Positions 46,645 through 57,853 of a stretch of 64,000 nucleotides of DNA are shown piece by piece; within the stretch, counting starts at the first letter, position 1, and each line of letters opens with the position of its first letter. The notes below the pieces were generated by a model. It ran no database searches. It was not told the DNA's origin and saw only the letters and a list, made by a program, of their open reading frames with translations. The position numbers and the translations under genes are program-made. Source of the stretch: an uncultured Clostridium sp. (GTDB lineage Bacteria > Bacillota > Clostridia > TANB77 > CAG-508); the NCBI GenBank assembly GCA_947565445.1, contig CANOGC010000002.1:4631-68630 (forward strand). The letters are read 5' to 3'.

Positions 46645-47667
46645 ATGCAAAAGATATTTTGGATATTAGAAATGGTGTTAATTCTATTTTCAAAAAATTA
46701 TTTTATGATTATTTTATCACAGCTTGCATCAGCAATTGGATGGTCATGTAAATCTATAGCAGAAGCACCAATGCTAAATAAATCAATACCAGAAGGGCAT
46801 TTAAAAGGAAAAATATTTTCAAAAATTGATAGTAAAGGATATTCTAGGTATTGCTACATTTCTGCAATAACAACAGTTATAGCAGGTTTTTTGTATGAGA
46901 TAAATCCATATATTCCAGTTATATTCACTATAGTTTTTATGGTATTTGCACTTATTATTTCTTTTAATTTTATTGATATTAAAGAGGAAAAAGTAAAAAC
47001 AGTAAAAGAAAGCATAAATGAAGTAAAAGATGGATTCATATTTATTTTAAAGTCACCAAGATTAAAAAGTCTACTTTTAATGTTAGGCTTTATGTGGGGA
47101 ATGATATGCCTATTTGGAACATATCAGACAACATTATTAAAAGATATTAATGTGTCTGCTACATTTATTGGTATTATACTTGCTATACTAGATATAGTAC
47201 AAGGAAAATCAGCAGTAAAAGCCAATAAATTTAATGAAAAACATAATAATAGATCATTAACGTACATATCAGTTAGAATGGCATTAGGAATTGCTATTGC
47301 AGGTGGAGTTGTAGTAATAGGAATGTATAGAATACCAATGCTTGCAGTTATTATATTTACATATATTTTAAGGTATTATGATAAGGGAGTATTCCAAATT
47401 CTAAAGAAAAGGTATATGGGTAATTTTATGACACCAGAAATACTTACAAAAATATATGCAGGAAACAGTATAATAGCAAGTATATTTAGAATGCTTGCAG
47501 GAGCAATAGGATCATATTTACTTACAATTATGACAATACAATATGCTATGGTAGTAGTAGGAATATCATTTAGTGTTATTACATTATTATTTGCAATATA
47601 TATGAAAACAAGAATTGGATTAAAACCAGAAGAATATACTAAAAAAGATGTTGTATGTATAGGATAA
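46645..47667 (+). CDS. Polytopic membrane transporter (MFS-like), possibly N-terminally truncated
   Basis: About 9 hydrophobic segments. There is no convincing RBS or N-terminal MFS motif at the annotated start, and no CGG upstream that could extend it. Confidence 0.4.
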   Translation: MQKIFWILEMVLILFSKNYFMIILSQLASAIGWSCKSIAEAPMLNKSIPEGHLKGKIFSKIDSKGYSRYCYISAITTVIAGFLYEINPYIPVIFTIVFMVFALIISFNFIDIKEEKVKTVKESINEVKDGFIFILKSPRLKSLLLMLGFMWGMICLFGTYQTTLLKDINVSATFIGIILAILDIVQGKSAVKANKFNEKHNNRSLTYISVRMALGIAIAGGVVVIGMYRIPMLAVIIFTYILRYYDKGVFQILKKRYMGNFMTPEILTKIYAGNSIIASIFRMLAGAIGSYLLTIMTIQYAMVVVGISFSVITLLFAIYMKTRIGLKPEEYTKKDVVCIG

Positions 47668-47682
47668 GGAGGAAACTAAAAA

Positions 47683-49324
47683 ATGAAAATTACATATGAA
47701 GATAAAGTATTAGATGCAACTCCACGGAATTACAGTATATGAATTATTAAAAGAGGAAATTAGAAATGCAAAAACAGAAGTAATTGCATGTATGTGTAAT
47801 AATGAAGTAAGAAGCTTAAACTTAAAATTAACTGAAAATTCAAAAGTAGAGTTAATTGATTTAAATAGTAAAGATGGAATGATGATTTATATAAGAGGTA
47901 TAATGTATATTGCAGCAAAAGCATTAAATGAGTTATACCCAGATGCTCTTTTAACAGTGAATTATCAACTTTCAAATGCCATGTTTTGTGAATTAGAAAA
48001 TATGAAAGTAACAGAAGAAATGATACAAAATATTCATAGAAAAATGGGAGAAATTATTGATAAAGATTTAGAAATTAGAAAAGTGAAGATGACTGTTAAA
48101 GAAGCACAAGAGTTTTACGAAAAAGAAAAAACATTAAAAGGAAGGATACAAATTGATGCAGAAACATCATTTGGAGCATCCTTATATTACTGTGAAGAAT
48201 ATTTTAATTACTTTTTTGGTGTTATGCCAATATCAACAGGGTATACAAAGGTATATGATATTGTAAAATATAGAGATGGATTTATTGTACGTTATCCAAA
48301 TTGGAAAACACCAACAAAGCTTAGTCCATTTGTAGAAAATAAGAAATTAGTTTCTACTTTAGACGAATATGAAGATATATATAAACTGATTGGAATTAAT
48401 ACTATTTACAAACTAAATCGTGAAGTAAAAAAAGACAATGCGCAAGATGCAATTTTGTTATCTGAAAGTTTACATGAAAAGAAAATTGCAGAACTTGCGG
48501 ATAATATTGCAAAAAATAAACAAGTTAAAGTGGTACTAATTGCAGGCCCATCTTCATCTGGAAAAACTACTTTTGCAAAAAGATTAGGAATTCAACTAAG
48601 ATTAAATGGGTTAAAGCCAGTAACCATATCAGTAGATAATTATTTTGTAGAAAGAGAAGATAACCCAAAAGATGAAAATGGTAACTATGATTTTGAATGT
48701 ATAGAGGCACTAGATATTAATCTATTTAATGAACATTTACTAAAATTATTAAATGGTGAAGAAATTAAAGTTCCAACTTTTGATTTTACTACTGGACATA
48801 AGAAATATAACGGAGAAACAATGAAACTAGCAGATGACGAAATATTAGTAATTGAGGGTATTCACTGCTTAAATGACCGTTTAACAAGTTCTATTCTAAA
48901 AGAACAAAAATACAAAATTTATATTAGTGCATTAACTGTACTAAATATAGATTATTATAATCGTATTTCAACAACAGATACTAGGTTAATTAGAAGAATT
49001 GTAAGAGATAATCAATTTAGGGGGTATAGTGCAACACATACCATCAAAATGTGGTATTCTGTAAATCGTGGAGAAGAAAGATACATATATCCATTCCAAG
49101 AAGAAGCAAATAGTATGTTTAATTCATCACTTATATATGAATTAGGAGTATTAAAAGACTATGCACTACCACTACTAAAAGAAATTAAAAATACACAACC
49201 AGAATATGCAGAAGCAACCAGATTAATTAGATTATTAAGCTATTTTGAATCCATTCCACAAGAAGCAATTCCTAAAACATCACTAATACGTGAATTTATA
49301 GGAGGCAGTTTACTTGCAGATTAG
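47683..49324 (+). CDS. Uridine/nucleoside kinase family protein with N-terminal TGS-like domain; +1 shift at in-frame CGG 47725
   Basis: RBS AAGGAGG precedes ATG 47683. The reading is MKITYEDKVLDATP, then (CCA CGG A) G-ITVYELLKEEIRNAK.. The track ORF (47714) misses the first 14 codons. The P-loop is IAGPSSSGKTTFAKRL. (1642-1)/3 = 547 codons. Confidence 0.8.
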
Positions 49325-49398
49325 AAAAAATGAGAATGTAAAGGGTAGGTCTTGTGCCTACCTTGTTGCACAATTAAAATTTAGAAAGGATTACATTT

Positions 49399-49710
49399 AT
49401 GTTTAGCAAATTTACAGAAATAGACGAAGAATTTATATGTGAAAATTGTGGCAAAAAAGTACAAAAATTAGGTTACTCATGTCGTAATCATTGCCCGTAT
49501 TGTTTACACTCTAAACATGTAGATATAAATCCAGGAGATAGGGCAGAAGAGTGTCATGGGGATTTGGAACCAATTGGTATAGAAACCAATTCTAAAAAAG
49601 GGTATATAATAGTATTTAAATGCAAAAAATGTGGAAAGATACGTAAAAATAAAATGGCAACAGATGATAATATGGAACTAATAATAAAACTAAGTAGTAA
49701 TCCAGTTTAA
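49399..49710 (+). CDS. RNHCP domain protein
   Basis: CENCGK..SCRNHCPYCLHSKHVD..KCKKCGK, the literal RNHCP zinc-ribbon signature. Confidence 0.7.
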   Translation: MFSKFTEIDEEFICENCGKKVQKLGYSCRNHCPYCLHSKHVDINPGDRAEECHGDLEPIGIETNSKKGYIIVFKCKKCGKIRKNKMATDDNMELIIKLSSNPV

Positions 49711-49738
49711 AATAGGAAAAGTAGCGAAGCTACTTTTC

Positions 49739-52141
49739 CTATACCTCTCTTATAAAATTAGCATTTGTATAATCTTTTCCCTCAAACCTTTTTTCTTGTT
49801 TCACAGTTTGAATAACCTCATTAATTTCTAAAATATTTTCATTTAAAATATCAATTCTAACAGAATCAATCAGTAATTCAGAAAAATCAATTGATGTAAT
49901 TTTACTATTATAAATAGTATTAATAGTTTGAACAGAGTCGGGTATTACAGGGAAATAAAGTCCTAATCTATCTTTTAAGTAATAACTATGTTTACTTTTA
50001 CAAAGTGATTTACAATTTGGATAACACTTATTAGACTTACCTAAAACACAGTATCCAAGAGTCATAACAGGAGTATTTCCATATACAATTAATTCTGTAT
50101 TAACATTAGCTAAATTAGAAATTTCTATTATATCTTGCTTATTTAACTCAGGAGATAGAGTAATTAAATTTAAGCCTAAATTTTGGTATGCTTCTAAAGA
50201 ATAATTATTAAACACATTTAAAGTATAATTTCCTATAAATTCATAACTATCTTTATACTTTTCAAGCATATTAAATGTTCCTAAATTAGATAATACAAAA
50301 CCTTTTATATCATATTCTTCTAATGCTTTATTAATATTATTTGTAAATAAATTTCTATAGTTCGATTTAATAATAGTTGGCATATAAATATATGTATTAA
50401 ACTCAGAACTTATATTTTTAATAATATTTGAATAATCTGACATAGCAAAATACTTTAGAGGTATATATATACGGTCTACTTTTTCTAATTCTGAATAATT
50501 TGTATTTACATCTAAAATATTTAATAAAAGAGAAACATTCTTTTTGTAAACCTTCTTTTTTGAAGGTGCAACATCAAAAAATATAGGTAGATTATTTGGA
50601 ATATCTCTTTTAAAGTTATTTATAATATAACAAGATACCTTCTCTATACATTCACGGCGTAATTCATTTAAATCAGAGATATTTAAGTACAAATTATCAT
50701 CTAATTCAATATCAAAATTAGTAAAAATAAAAGGAGAATTTCCAGTTTTAGAAAATTGTATTATAACACGTTCTTTAGTAATAGGCTGTTTTTCAGCATC
50801 TACAGGTATTATATTAGAATTAATTTCTAAATTAACACTATCACTAAATACCTTAACAAAAATAGGTGCATTTTTTACTATTTTAATATAACAAGATAGA
50901 GGGTGCTTTTTTAATTCACCTTGATAAGAATTTTTTGCTTTAGTAAGAAGAGATTTACTTTCTAATTTATAAATTTTATCTCCGAGGATTAATATTACCT
51001 TTCATTCTTCCAATAGTTACAAGCTGACCGATTAACCGCATAATCTATATTATTTTTTCCCATCATTAATTCAGAAATTCTATATTTAGTTTCTTCTTTT
51101 TCAAAAACAATAGTATCACCAATTGTTAAATTATCATTTAAATTTAATGTAATATGTCCTTTTGTTTTATTATAATTTGCTACATTACCAATATAGACAC
51201 CTACATTACTAGGTTTTTCTTTAAAAATTAAACTTCTATTTGCATCTGAATCTAAATGACCATTAGAAAATCCACCACGATTAAATACTTGTAATAAATC
51301 TTTTTTATCTTGTTCATCAATTACAAATTGATTATTAGAATAAGCTAAATCAATATATTTTCTATAAATTCTAGTAACAGTTGCAACATATTCAGGTGTT
51401 TTCATACGTCCTTCTATTTTTAAAGAAGAAACACCAATACTAATTAAATCTGGAATATATGAAAGACCACATAAATCTTTAGGGCTTAGTATATAGCCTT
51501 TATCCATACAAATTTCTTTATTTGAATTTACAACAAGTTCATAAGGAAGCCTACATGCTCCAGCACATTTTCCACGGTTTCCGAGAACGCCCACCAATTA
51601 TGCTAGAAAGTAAGCATTGACCAGAATATGAAATGCAAAGGGCACCATGAATAAACACCTCAAGTTCAATATTAGAATGAGATTTAATAAATTCTAATTC
51701 TGTTAAAGAAGTTTCACGAGATAGTACAACTCTTGAAAAACCTAAATTTTCTAATTCTTTTGCACCCTCTAAATTATGAATACTCATTTGAGTGCTTGCA
51801 TGAAGAGGAAGTTCTGGCATATATTTTAAAAGCATAGAACATAAGCCATAATCTTGCACAATTAAAGCATCAATTCCCATTCTATATGCTTCTTTTGCAA
51901 GAGACAAAGCTTCTTCTAATTCATTATTTTTAATTAGTGTATTTAGTGCCAAATGTACCTTAACATCTCTTAAATGAGCATAATTAACCGCATCTTCAAG
52001 TTCACTCAAATCAAAGTTTTTAGCTGAAACTCTTGCACTAAACATAGATGCACCTAAATAAACTGCATTTGCACCATTTTGAACAGCAGCCCTTAAACAT
52101 TCAAAATCACCAACTGGCGCTAATAATTCTATTTTATTCAT
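49739..52141 (-). CDS. Peptidase U32 family protein (long form); three +1 shifts at in-frame CGG 51583, 51030, 50984
   Basis: TCT CGG A restores ..SIIGGRS-G-NRGKCAGACRLPYELV.. (U32 signature). AAT CGG T and CCT CGG A, 46 nt apart, give ..DYAVN-G-QLVTIGRMKGNINP-G-DKIYKLESKSLL.., which runs into ORF 49739-50692. (2403-3)/3 = 800 codons. Confidence 0.85.
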
Positions 52142-52241
52142 TTGTATTACCTCTAATTTTAAAAAATTTCATTAATATTGTAACACAAATTTTAAAAAAT
52201 TCATACTATATCATATAAAAACAAACAAGGAGGGAAAAACA

Positions 52242-52400
52242 ATGGAAGAATCTAGAAACTGCGGATGTGGATGCGGATGTAACAATAACTGTGGAGGCCT
52301 TTTCGGAGGTTGTGGTGACAGTGAAATTTTATTCTTCATAATCATATTCTTATTATTATTCACAAACTGTGGATGTGGATGCGGAAGAGGATGTTGCTAA
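52242..52400 (+). CDS. 52-aa Cys/Gly-rich single-TM mini-protein (paralog of 23155-23298); absent from ORF track
   Basis: Translation is MEESRNCGCGCGCNNNCGGLFGGCGDSEILFFIIIFLLLFTNCGCGCGRGCC. The RBS AAGGAGGG precedes the ATG and a terminator follows (AGAGCATGG..CCATGCTCT, 52422-52446). Confidence 0.6.
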   Translation: MEESRNCGCGCGCNNNCGGLFGGCGDSEILFFIIIFLLLFTNCGCGCGRGCC

Positions 52401-52451
52401 TCCAAATAAATACTTAAAAAATAGAGCATGGTTCTTACCATGCTCTTAAGC

Positions 52452-53013
52452 TTATATCATCTTATTTATTTTTTCTTCTAGTTCTAACCAATTATCAACT
52501 CGTTCAATCTGTGTTGGAATATTTTTATTAACTACAGAAGTAAACAATATACTTTTTATATTTTCGTTACGTACTGCTTCACAATGCTTAATAGAATCAT
52601 CTATTAGTAAATCAATATTATTTTTTTTACATATAGAAGCTTTATCTATACAGTTAAACAATATTTTTGAATAGGAGATATTGTTTGATTTTAAATAGTC
52701 TATGGTAAAATCTTCAGTTCCCTTAAATAATTCTCTTTCTTCTCCTCTTGCAGTAACAATATAAATATCATGTCCATTTTCAATAAAACGACCGAATTAC
52801 TTCACTTGCATTTTCTTTTACTTTTGTGGCTTTAAAAATTTTAAGGTAATTATCTAAACAAAATTTATAAACGTTAGGTGTAGAAGGGTCGCCACGCATT
52901 ACATCTACCATATGTTCCTGTATTTCTCCATCTTTATCATATTTAATAACATAATCCTTCATAGCAAAAGAAGTATCAGTAATAACATCATCAATATCAA
53001 TTCCAATTCTCAT
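52452..53013 (-). CDS. HAD-superfamily 5'(3')-deoxyribonucleotidase-like hydrolase; +1 shift at in-frame CGG 52794
   Basis: N-terminal MRIGIDIDDVI (DxDxV/T nucleophile motif). ORFs 52780-53013 and 52452-52661 join at ATT CGG T, giving ..ENASEVI-G-RFIENGHDIYIVTARGEE..ILFNCIDKASICKK.. ..DLLIDD. (562-1)/3 = 187 codons. Confidence 0.7.
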
Positions 53014-53154
53014 AAATTTTACTCCTAATTCTTTTTTGCTATTATAACATAGGGTAATATATTAAACAAGTTATTCTAAATTTTTCTAATACTATGGACT
53101 TTTTTAAAAAAATGTCATAAAATAGGTACATAAACAAAAAGAAAGGGGAAAATC

Positions 53155-54357
53155 ATGTTAGCAGAAAAAATTATATTTAATGTATTAGCATTTTCCTTAT
53201 TTGTAATCATGTTCTTTAAAATGATTAAGAAAAATGATACAAACTATGTTGTAGTTCTTTGTATGCAAGCACTTGGAATTGCAATCAATTTCATAGAAAT
53301 TATATTTCAGTGGAAAATAAATACATTTATAAGAATACTTATTTATTTAATTTCTGTTATAATTCCAGCAGTAATTATTTATATAGAATTTAAAAATGTA
53401 AATTTTTCAGAACTTATATACATTACACTTAGTAAAATTGCTACATTCTTTAATAATAACAAGCTTAGCAAAAACTTTTTAATAAAGTTAGTAACAAAAT
53501 ATCCAGAAAGTTATTTAGGACATAAAATGCTAGCGAAAATTTATGAAAAAGAAGGCGGAATGAGAAAAGCGATAGATGAATATGTACAAGTAATTGACAT
53601 TAACAAAAAAGATTATAACTCATATTACCAGATATCCTACCTTTTAAACGAATTAGACAAAAAGCAAGAAGCAGCAGAGATGTTAGAAAACCTATTACGT
53701 AAAAAGCCAGATATGATAGAGGCAACAGAACTTTTAGGAGATATATATTGTGAACAAGAACGTTATAAGGAAGCTGCAAATATGTATAATGAAGCATTAA
53801 AATATAATCCGACAAGTTATGAACTATATTACAATATGGGAATGGTATATACAATGTTAAACGATTTCCAAAATGCAAAAATTTGTTATGAAAAGGCAGC
53901 AGAAATTAATACACTTCTTTACAATTCTTATTATAGTTTAGGACAAATTAGTTTTATATATAACGATTTAGATGAAGCAGAAAAATACTTTATGAATGCA
54001 TTAGCAGATAATCTATTAGAACCAAAAGCATATTATAATTTAGCTAAAATATGTATGCTTCGTGGAGAAAAAGAAAATGCAATTAACTATTTAAATGTAG
54101 CAATTGAAATTGACCCATATATGTATAAAAAGGCAGAAAAAGAGCCAGTATTCATCCCAATAAAAGCACATATGAACTTTCCTAATTTAGAAGAAGTAGA
54201 ACCAAAACCATTAGAATTAACAAAAAAAGAAAAGAAAGTACAAAAACATTTAGAAGAAACAACTAAAATAGTAGGAAAATTAAGCCGAAACGAGCAAACA
54301 AATAAAAAAGAATACAAAGAAATTAGAAAAGATATACAAAAAGAAAGAGAAGAATAA
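53155..54357 (+). CDS. TPR-repeat membrane-anchored protein
   Basis: Three N-terminal TM helices followed by about 6 TPR-like repeats (..AxxYxxALxxxP..) and a Lys/Glu-rich tail. Confidence 0.7.
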   Translation: MLAEKIIFNVLAFSLFVIMFFKMIKKNDTNYVVVLCMQALGIAINFIEIIFQWKINTFIRILIYLISVIIPAVIIYIEFKNVNFSELIYITLSKIATFFNNNKLSKNFLIKLVTKYPESYLGHKMLAKIYEKEGGMRKAIDEYVQVIDINKKDYNSYYQISYLLNELDKKQEAAEMLENLLRKKPDMIEATELLGDIYCEQERYKEAANMYNEALKYNPTSYELYYNMGMVYTMLNDFQNAKICYEKAAEINTLLYNSYYSLGQISFIYNDLDEAEKYFMNALADNLLEPKAYYNLAKICMLRGEKENAINYLNVAIEIDPYMYKKAEKEPVFIPIKAHMNFPNLEEVEPKPLELTKKEKKVQKHLEETTKIVGKLSRNEQTNKKEYKEIRKDIQKEREE

Positions 54358-54403
54358 TTTTAGAAAACAAAAATACAATTAAATAAGAAAGGGATGTGAT
54401 TAG

Positions 54404-55270
54404 ATGATTAAAAATATAGCTATTATTGGTGGAGACTTAAGAATTGTTAAATTAGCTTCTATGCTAAAAAAAGAAAACTATAATGTAAAGACATATGCGC
54501 TAGAAAAGGCACATGAACTTGTAGATACTAAAACTAACAATATAAAAGAATGTGTAAAAGATGCAGATATTGTATTAGGACCATTGCCATTGTCTAGTAG
54601 TGGAGAATTTGTAAATACACCATTTAGTGAGGAAAAAGTCCAAATAGAAGATTTAATAAATGAAATAGGAGGAAAAACATTTATTGCAGGTTCTATTAAG
54701 CAAGAAGTGTACGAAATGGTAGAAGAAAAAGACATTACAATTTTAGATATTATAAAAAGAGAAGAATTAGCTGTATTAAATGCAATTTCTACAGCTGAAG
54801 GAGCAATTCAAATTGCAATTAATGAAACACCAAAGAATTTACATGGGAATAATGTACTAGTACTAGGATTTGGAAGAATAGGGAAAGTGCTATCTAAAAT
54901 GTTAGATGGAATTGGAGCAAGAGTAGCATGTGAAGCAAGAAAAACAACAGATCTTGCATGGATAAAGGCATATGGATATGAGCCAATCAATCTAATAGAA
55001 TTAAAAGAAAATCTAAATAGATTTGATATTATTATTAATACAATACCATATGTAGTATTAGACAAAGACATGCTAGGGCAAGTAAAAGAAGATGCTTTAA
55101 TTATAGATTTAGCATCTGCACCAGGGGGAGTAGATAAACAAGCAGTAAAAGAATTAGGTATAAAATTTAATTGGGCATTATCACTTCCAGGAAAAGTATC
55201 ACCAGTTACATCAGCAGAATTTATGAAAGAAACATTATTAAATATGTTTAAAGAAATAGATAATAATTAA
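54404..55270 (+). CDS. dpaA: Dipicolinate synthase subunit A
   Basis: IAIIGGDLRIVKLA.. plus the NAD-binding GFGRIGK region, 288 aa, matching the SpoVFA/DpaA architecture. Confidence 0.82.
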   Translation: MIKNIAIIGGDLRIVKLASMLKKENYNVKTYALEKAHELVDTKTNNIKECVKDADIVLGPLPLSSSGEFVNTPFSEEKVQIEDLINEIGGKTFIAGSIKQEVYEMVEEKDITILDIIKREELAVLNAISTAEGAIQIAINETPKNLHGNNVLVLGFGRIGKVLSKMLDGIGARVACEARKTTDLAWIKAYGYEPINLIELKENLNRFDIIINTIPYVVLDKDMLGQVKEDALIIDLASAPGGVDKQAVKELGIKFNWALSLPGKVSPVTSAEFMKETLLNMFKEIDNN

Positions 55271-55295
55271 AAACGAAAGAAAAGAGGTAAATATT

Positions 55296-56093
55296 ATGAC
55301 AATTATACAAGCAATTATTTTAGGAATAGTACAAGGATTAACTGAACTATTACCAATATCAAGTTCAGCACATTTAAACATTATACCATGGATATTTAAT
55401 TGGCAAATGCCAGAAAGTTTTGATGTTGCCCTACATTTAGGAACATTACTTGCAATAACTATATTTTTCTTTAAGGATTGGTTAGCTTTATTTAAAGGTG
55501 GATACGACCAAGTTGTAAAAAAGAAAAAATCAACAGAAGGAAGACTATTTTGGTATATAGTTATTGTAACAATACCAACAGGAATTTTAAGTTTAGTATT
55601 AGATAAGCTATCTGATAAGATATGTGAAAAATTTGGAATAGAAATGATATTAATAGCAGTGGCACTTATTGTTTTAGGAATTGTTCTATATGTTGTAGAT
55701 AAAAAATCAAAATCAGAAGTAAAACTTGAAAACATGACATTTAAACAATCGTTTTTAATAGGATTATCACAAGCAATAGCAGCAGCTTTTCCAGGAACTT
55801 CAAGGTCTGGTATAACAATGACTGTAGCAAGGGCATTAAAATTAGACAGAGAAAGTGCAGCAAAATATTCATTTTTACTATCAACACCAATTATTTTAGC
55901 AGCAGTATTAGTAAGTATAAAAGATTTTGAATTTACACTTGCTTTCTTTATGGGAGTGCTATTTAGCTTTATAACTGGAATAGTAGTAATAAAATTCTTG
56001 CTAGAGTATCTAAAAAAAGGAAGCTTCAAAGGATTTGCAATTTACCGTGTTATTATAGGTATTGCAATTATTGTGTTGACATTTGTATTATAA
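55296..56093 (+). CDS. uppP: Undecaprenyl-diphosphate phosphatase
   Basis: ..GIVQGLTELLPISSSAHL.. ..PGTSRSGITMT.., BacA/UppP motifs, 265 aa with 8 TM. Confidence 0.92.
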   Translation: MTIIQAIILGIVQGLTELLPISSSAHLNIIPWIFNWQMPESFDVALHLGTLLAITIFFFKDWLALFKGGYDQVVKKKKSTEGRLFWYIVIVTIPTGILSLVLDKLSDKICEKFGIEMILIAVALIVLGIVLYVVDKKSKSEVKLENMTFKQSFLIGLSQAIAAAFPGTSRSGITMTVARALKLDRESAAKYSFLLSTPIILAAVLVSIKDFEFTLAFFMGVLFSFITGIVVIKFLLEYLKKGSFKGFAIYRVIIGIAIIVLTFVL

Positions 56094-56162
56094 AAATTTA
56101 GGAAAATAAATAGAGATATGGTAATTATTCAAAGCCATTTAATACAAAATATTGTGTATATT

Positions 56163-56314
56163 AGAACCCCCAGTCGTTCTTACGAACGACAGCCCCCTTA
56201 AATAAAGGGGCCTCTACTCTATTATTTTAGACTAGAATAGTTTATTTTAAATTGTAGAGAAAAGCCTCCTTTACTTAAGGGAGGTGGCAGTGCGTAGCAC
56301 TGACGGAGGGTTCT
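56163..56314. repeat. GC-rich compound palindrome (closing stem + four GC hairpins + AT-rich central stem) upstream of tig
   Basis: Closing stem is AGAACCC (56163-56169) with GGGTTCT (56308-56314). The four hairpins are GTCGTTC-TTAC-GAACGAC, GCCCC-N10-GGGGC, CCTCC-N9-GGAGG and CAGTGC-GTA-GCACTG. The central stem is CTCTAC..GTAGAG around an AT-rich insert. Composition contrasts sharply with the surrounding AT-rich DNA. Confidence 0.55.
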
Positions 56315-56462
56315 TACAGAATTATTCATACAGAGATGTTTTCAAAAAAGCATTGAATATTTACTAGATATTTTAGTTCTTTAAGCAAAGTACTTGCAAT
56401 ATTGGAAAAACGTGGTATAATATAAAAGCTAAAATTAAAAAATCAGAAAGGATTTGAATTAA

Positions 56463-57746
56463 ATGAGTATAAAAATTGAAAAAACAGACAAAAAAGATGA
56501 ATTAAAATTAGAATTTACAATTGAAGCAGCTAAATTTGATGAAGCAATGAAAAAAGTATATGCTAAAAGTGCAAAATATTTTAACATACCAGGTTTTAGA
56601 AAAGGAAGAGCTCCAATGAATATTGTAGAAAAATATTATGGAGATGAAATTTTCTATGAAGATACTTTTAACGAAGTAGTACCAGAAGTATATGCAAAAG
56701 AAATAAAAGAAAACAATATAGAAGCAGTAAGCCGTCCAGATATTGATGTAAAGCAAATTGGAAAAGGACAAGACCTAATATTTACAGCAATTGTTCAAAC
56801 AAAACCAGAAGTTAAACTTGGTAAATATAAAGGTATAGAACTTAAAAAAGTAGAGTATAATGTATCTAGCGAAGATATAGAACATGAATTAGGACATATG
56901 CAAGAAAAGAATGCAAGATTAGTTGTTGTAGAAGATAGAGCAGTAGAAAAAGATGATGTAACAGTTATCGACTTCGAAGGTTTTGTAGATGGAAAAGCAT
57001 TTGAAGGTGGAAAAGCAACTAACCATGAACTAACTATCGGAAGTAATACATTTATTCCAGGATTTGAAGATCAAATCATAGGAATGAAAATAGATGAAGA
57101 AAAAGACATAAATGTTAAATTTCCAAAAGATTACTTCTCAGAAGAATTAAAAGGAAAAGATGCTACTTTCAAAGTAAAATTACATGAAATTAAGAAAAAA
57201 GAATTACCTAGCCTAGATGATGAATTTGCAAAAGATGTTAGTGAATTTGATACATTAAAAGAACTAAAAGATAGTATCAAAGAAAAGATGGAAGAAGAAA
57301 ACAAGAAAAAGGAAAAATATGAAACAGAGGATGCTGCTGTAAAAACTGTATGTGACAATGTAGAAATTGAAATACCATCAGGAATGATTGAAACAGAAGT
57401 AGATAGCATGGTACAAGAAATTGAACAAAGATTAGCATATCAAGGAATGAAATTAGAACAATATTTGCAAATGCTTGGCAAATCTATGGTAGATTTCAGA
57501 AAAGAATATGAAGAACAAGCTCGTACTTCTGTTAAAAATCGTTTAGTAATAGAAGCTATTATTAAAGAAGAAAAAATTGAAGCTTCAAAAGAAGATGTAG
57601 ATGCAAAAGTAAAAGAAATGGCAGAGCTATATGGTAAAAAAGAAGAAGAACTAAAAGCAAACGATAATTTCATTAAATATATAGAAGATTCAATGAAAAA
57701 TGAAAAGGCAGTAGAATTTATAATAGAAAATGCAAAAATAAAATAA
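56463..57746 (+). CDS. tig: Trigger factor
   Basis: ..IPGFRKGRAPMNIVEKYYG.. (ribosome-binding GFRxGxxP) followed by an FKBP PPIase domain, 427 aa. Confidence 0.95.
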   Translation: MSIKIEKTDKKDELKLEFTIEAAKFDEAMKKVYAKSAKYFNIPGFRKGRAPMNIVEKYYGDEIFYEDTFNEVVPEVYAKEIKENNIEAVSRPDIDVKQIGKGQDLIFTAIVQTKPEVKLGKYKGIELKKVEYNVSSEDIEHELGHMQEKNARLVVVEDRAVEKDDVTVIDFEGFVDGKAFEGGKATNHELTIGSNTFIPGFEDQIIGMKIDEEKDINVKFPKDYFSEELKGKDATFKVKLHEIKKKELPSLDDEFAKDVSEFDTLKELKDSIKEKMEEENKKKEKYETEDAAVKTVCDNVEIEIPSGMIETEVDSMVQEIEQRLAYQGMKLEQYLQMLGKSMVDFRKEYEEQARTSVKNRLVIEAIIKEEKIEASKEDVDAKVKEMAELYGKKEEELKANDNFIKYIEDSMKNEKAVEFIIENAKIK

Positions 57747-57853
57747 AAAAGCAATTGTAGAAGTTAGGGGAATTAAAAAATGAATATTTTGACAACCTCT
57801 AACTTTTATGGTATAAAAAAAGAAATATATTTAAATACAAGGGAGGAAAAATT

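Noticed and set aside
46645-46700. The short N-terminus of the MFS-like transporter as a hidden CGG extension.
   Set aside because: There is no CGG in any frame between 46557 and 46700. The upstream frames contain stops. The cause is either truncation or a mis-called start, and it remains unresolved.
56163-56314. The GC-rich element as a tRNA or tmRNA-like gene, possibly the hypothetical CGG decoder.
   Set aside because: The stems do not fit cloverleaf dimensions. There is no GTTCRANNC T-loop or acceptor/CCA geometry. No tRNA-like sequence was found anywhere in the window by eye.
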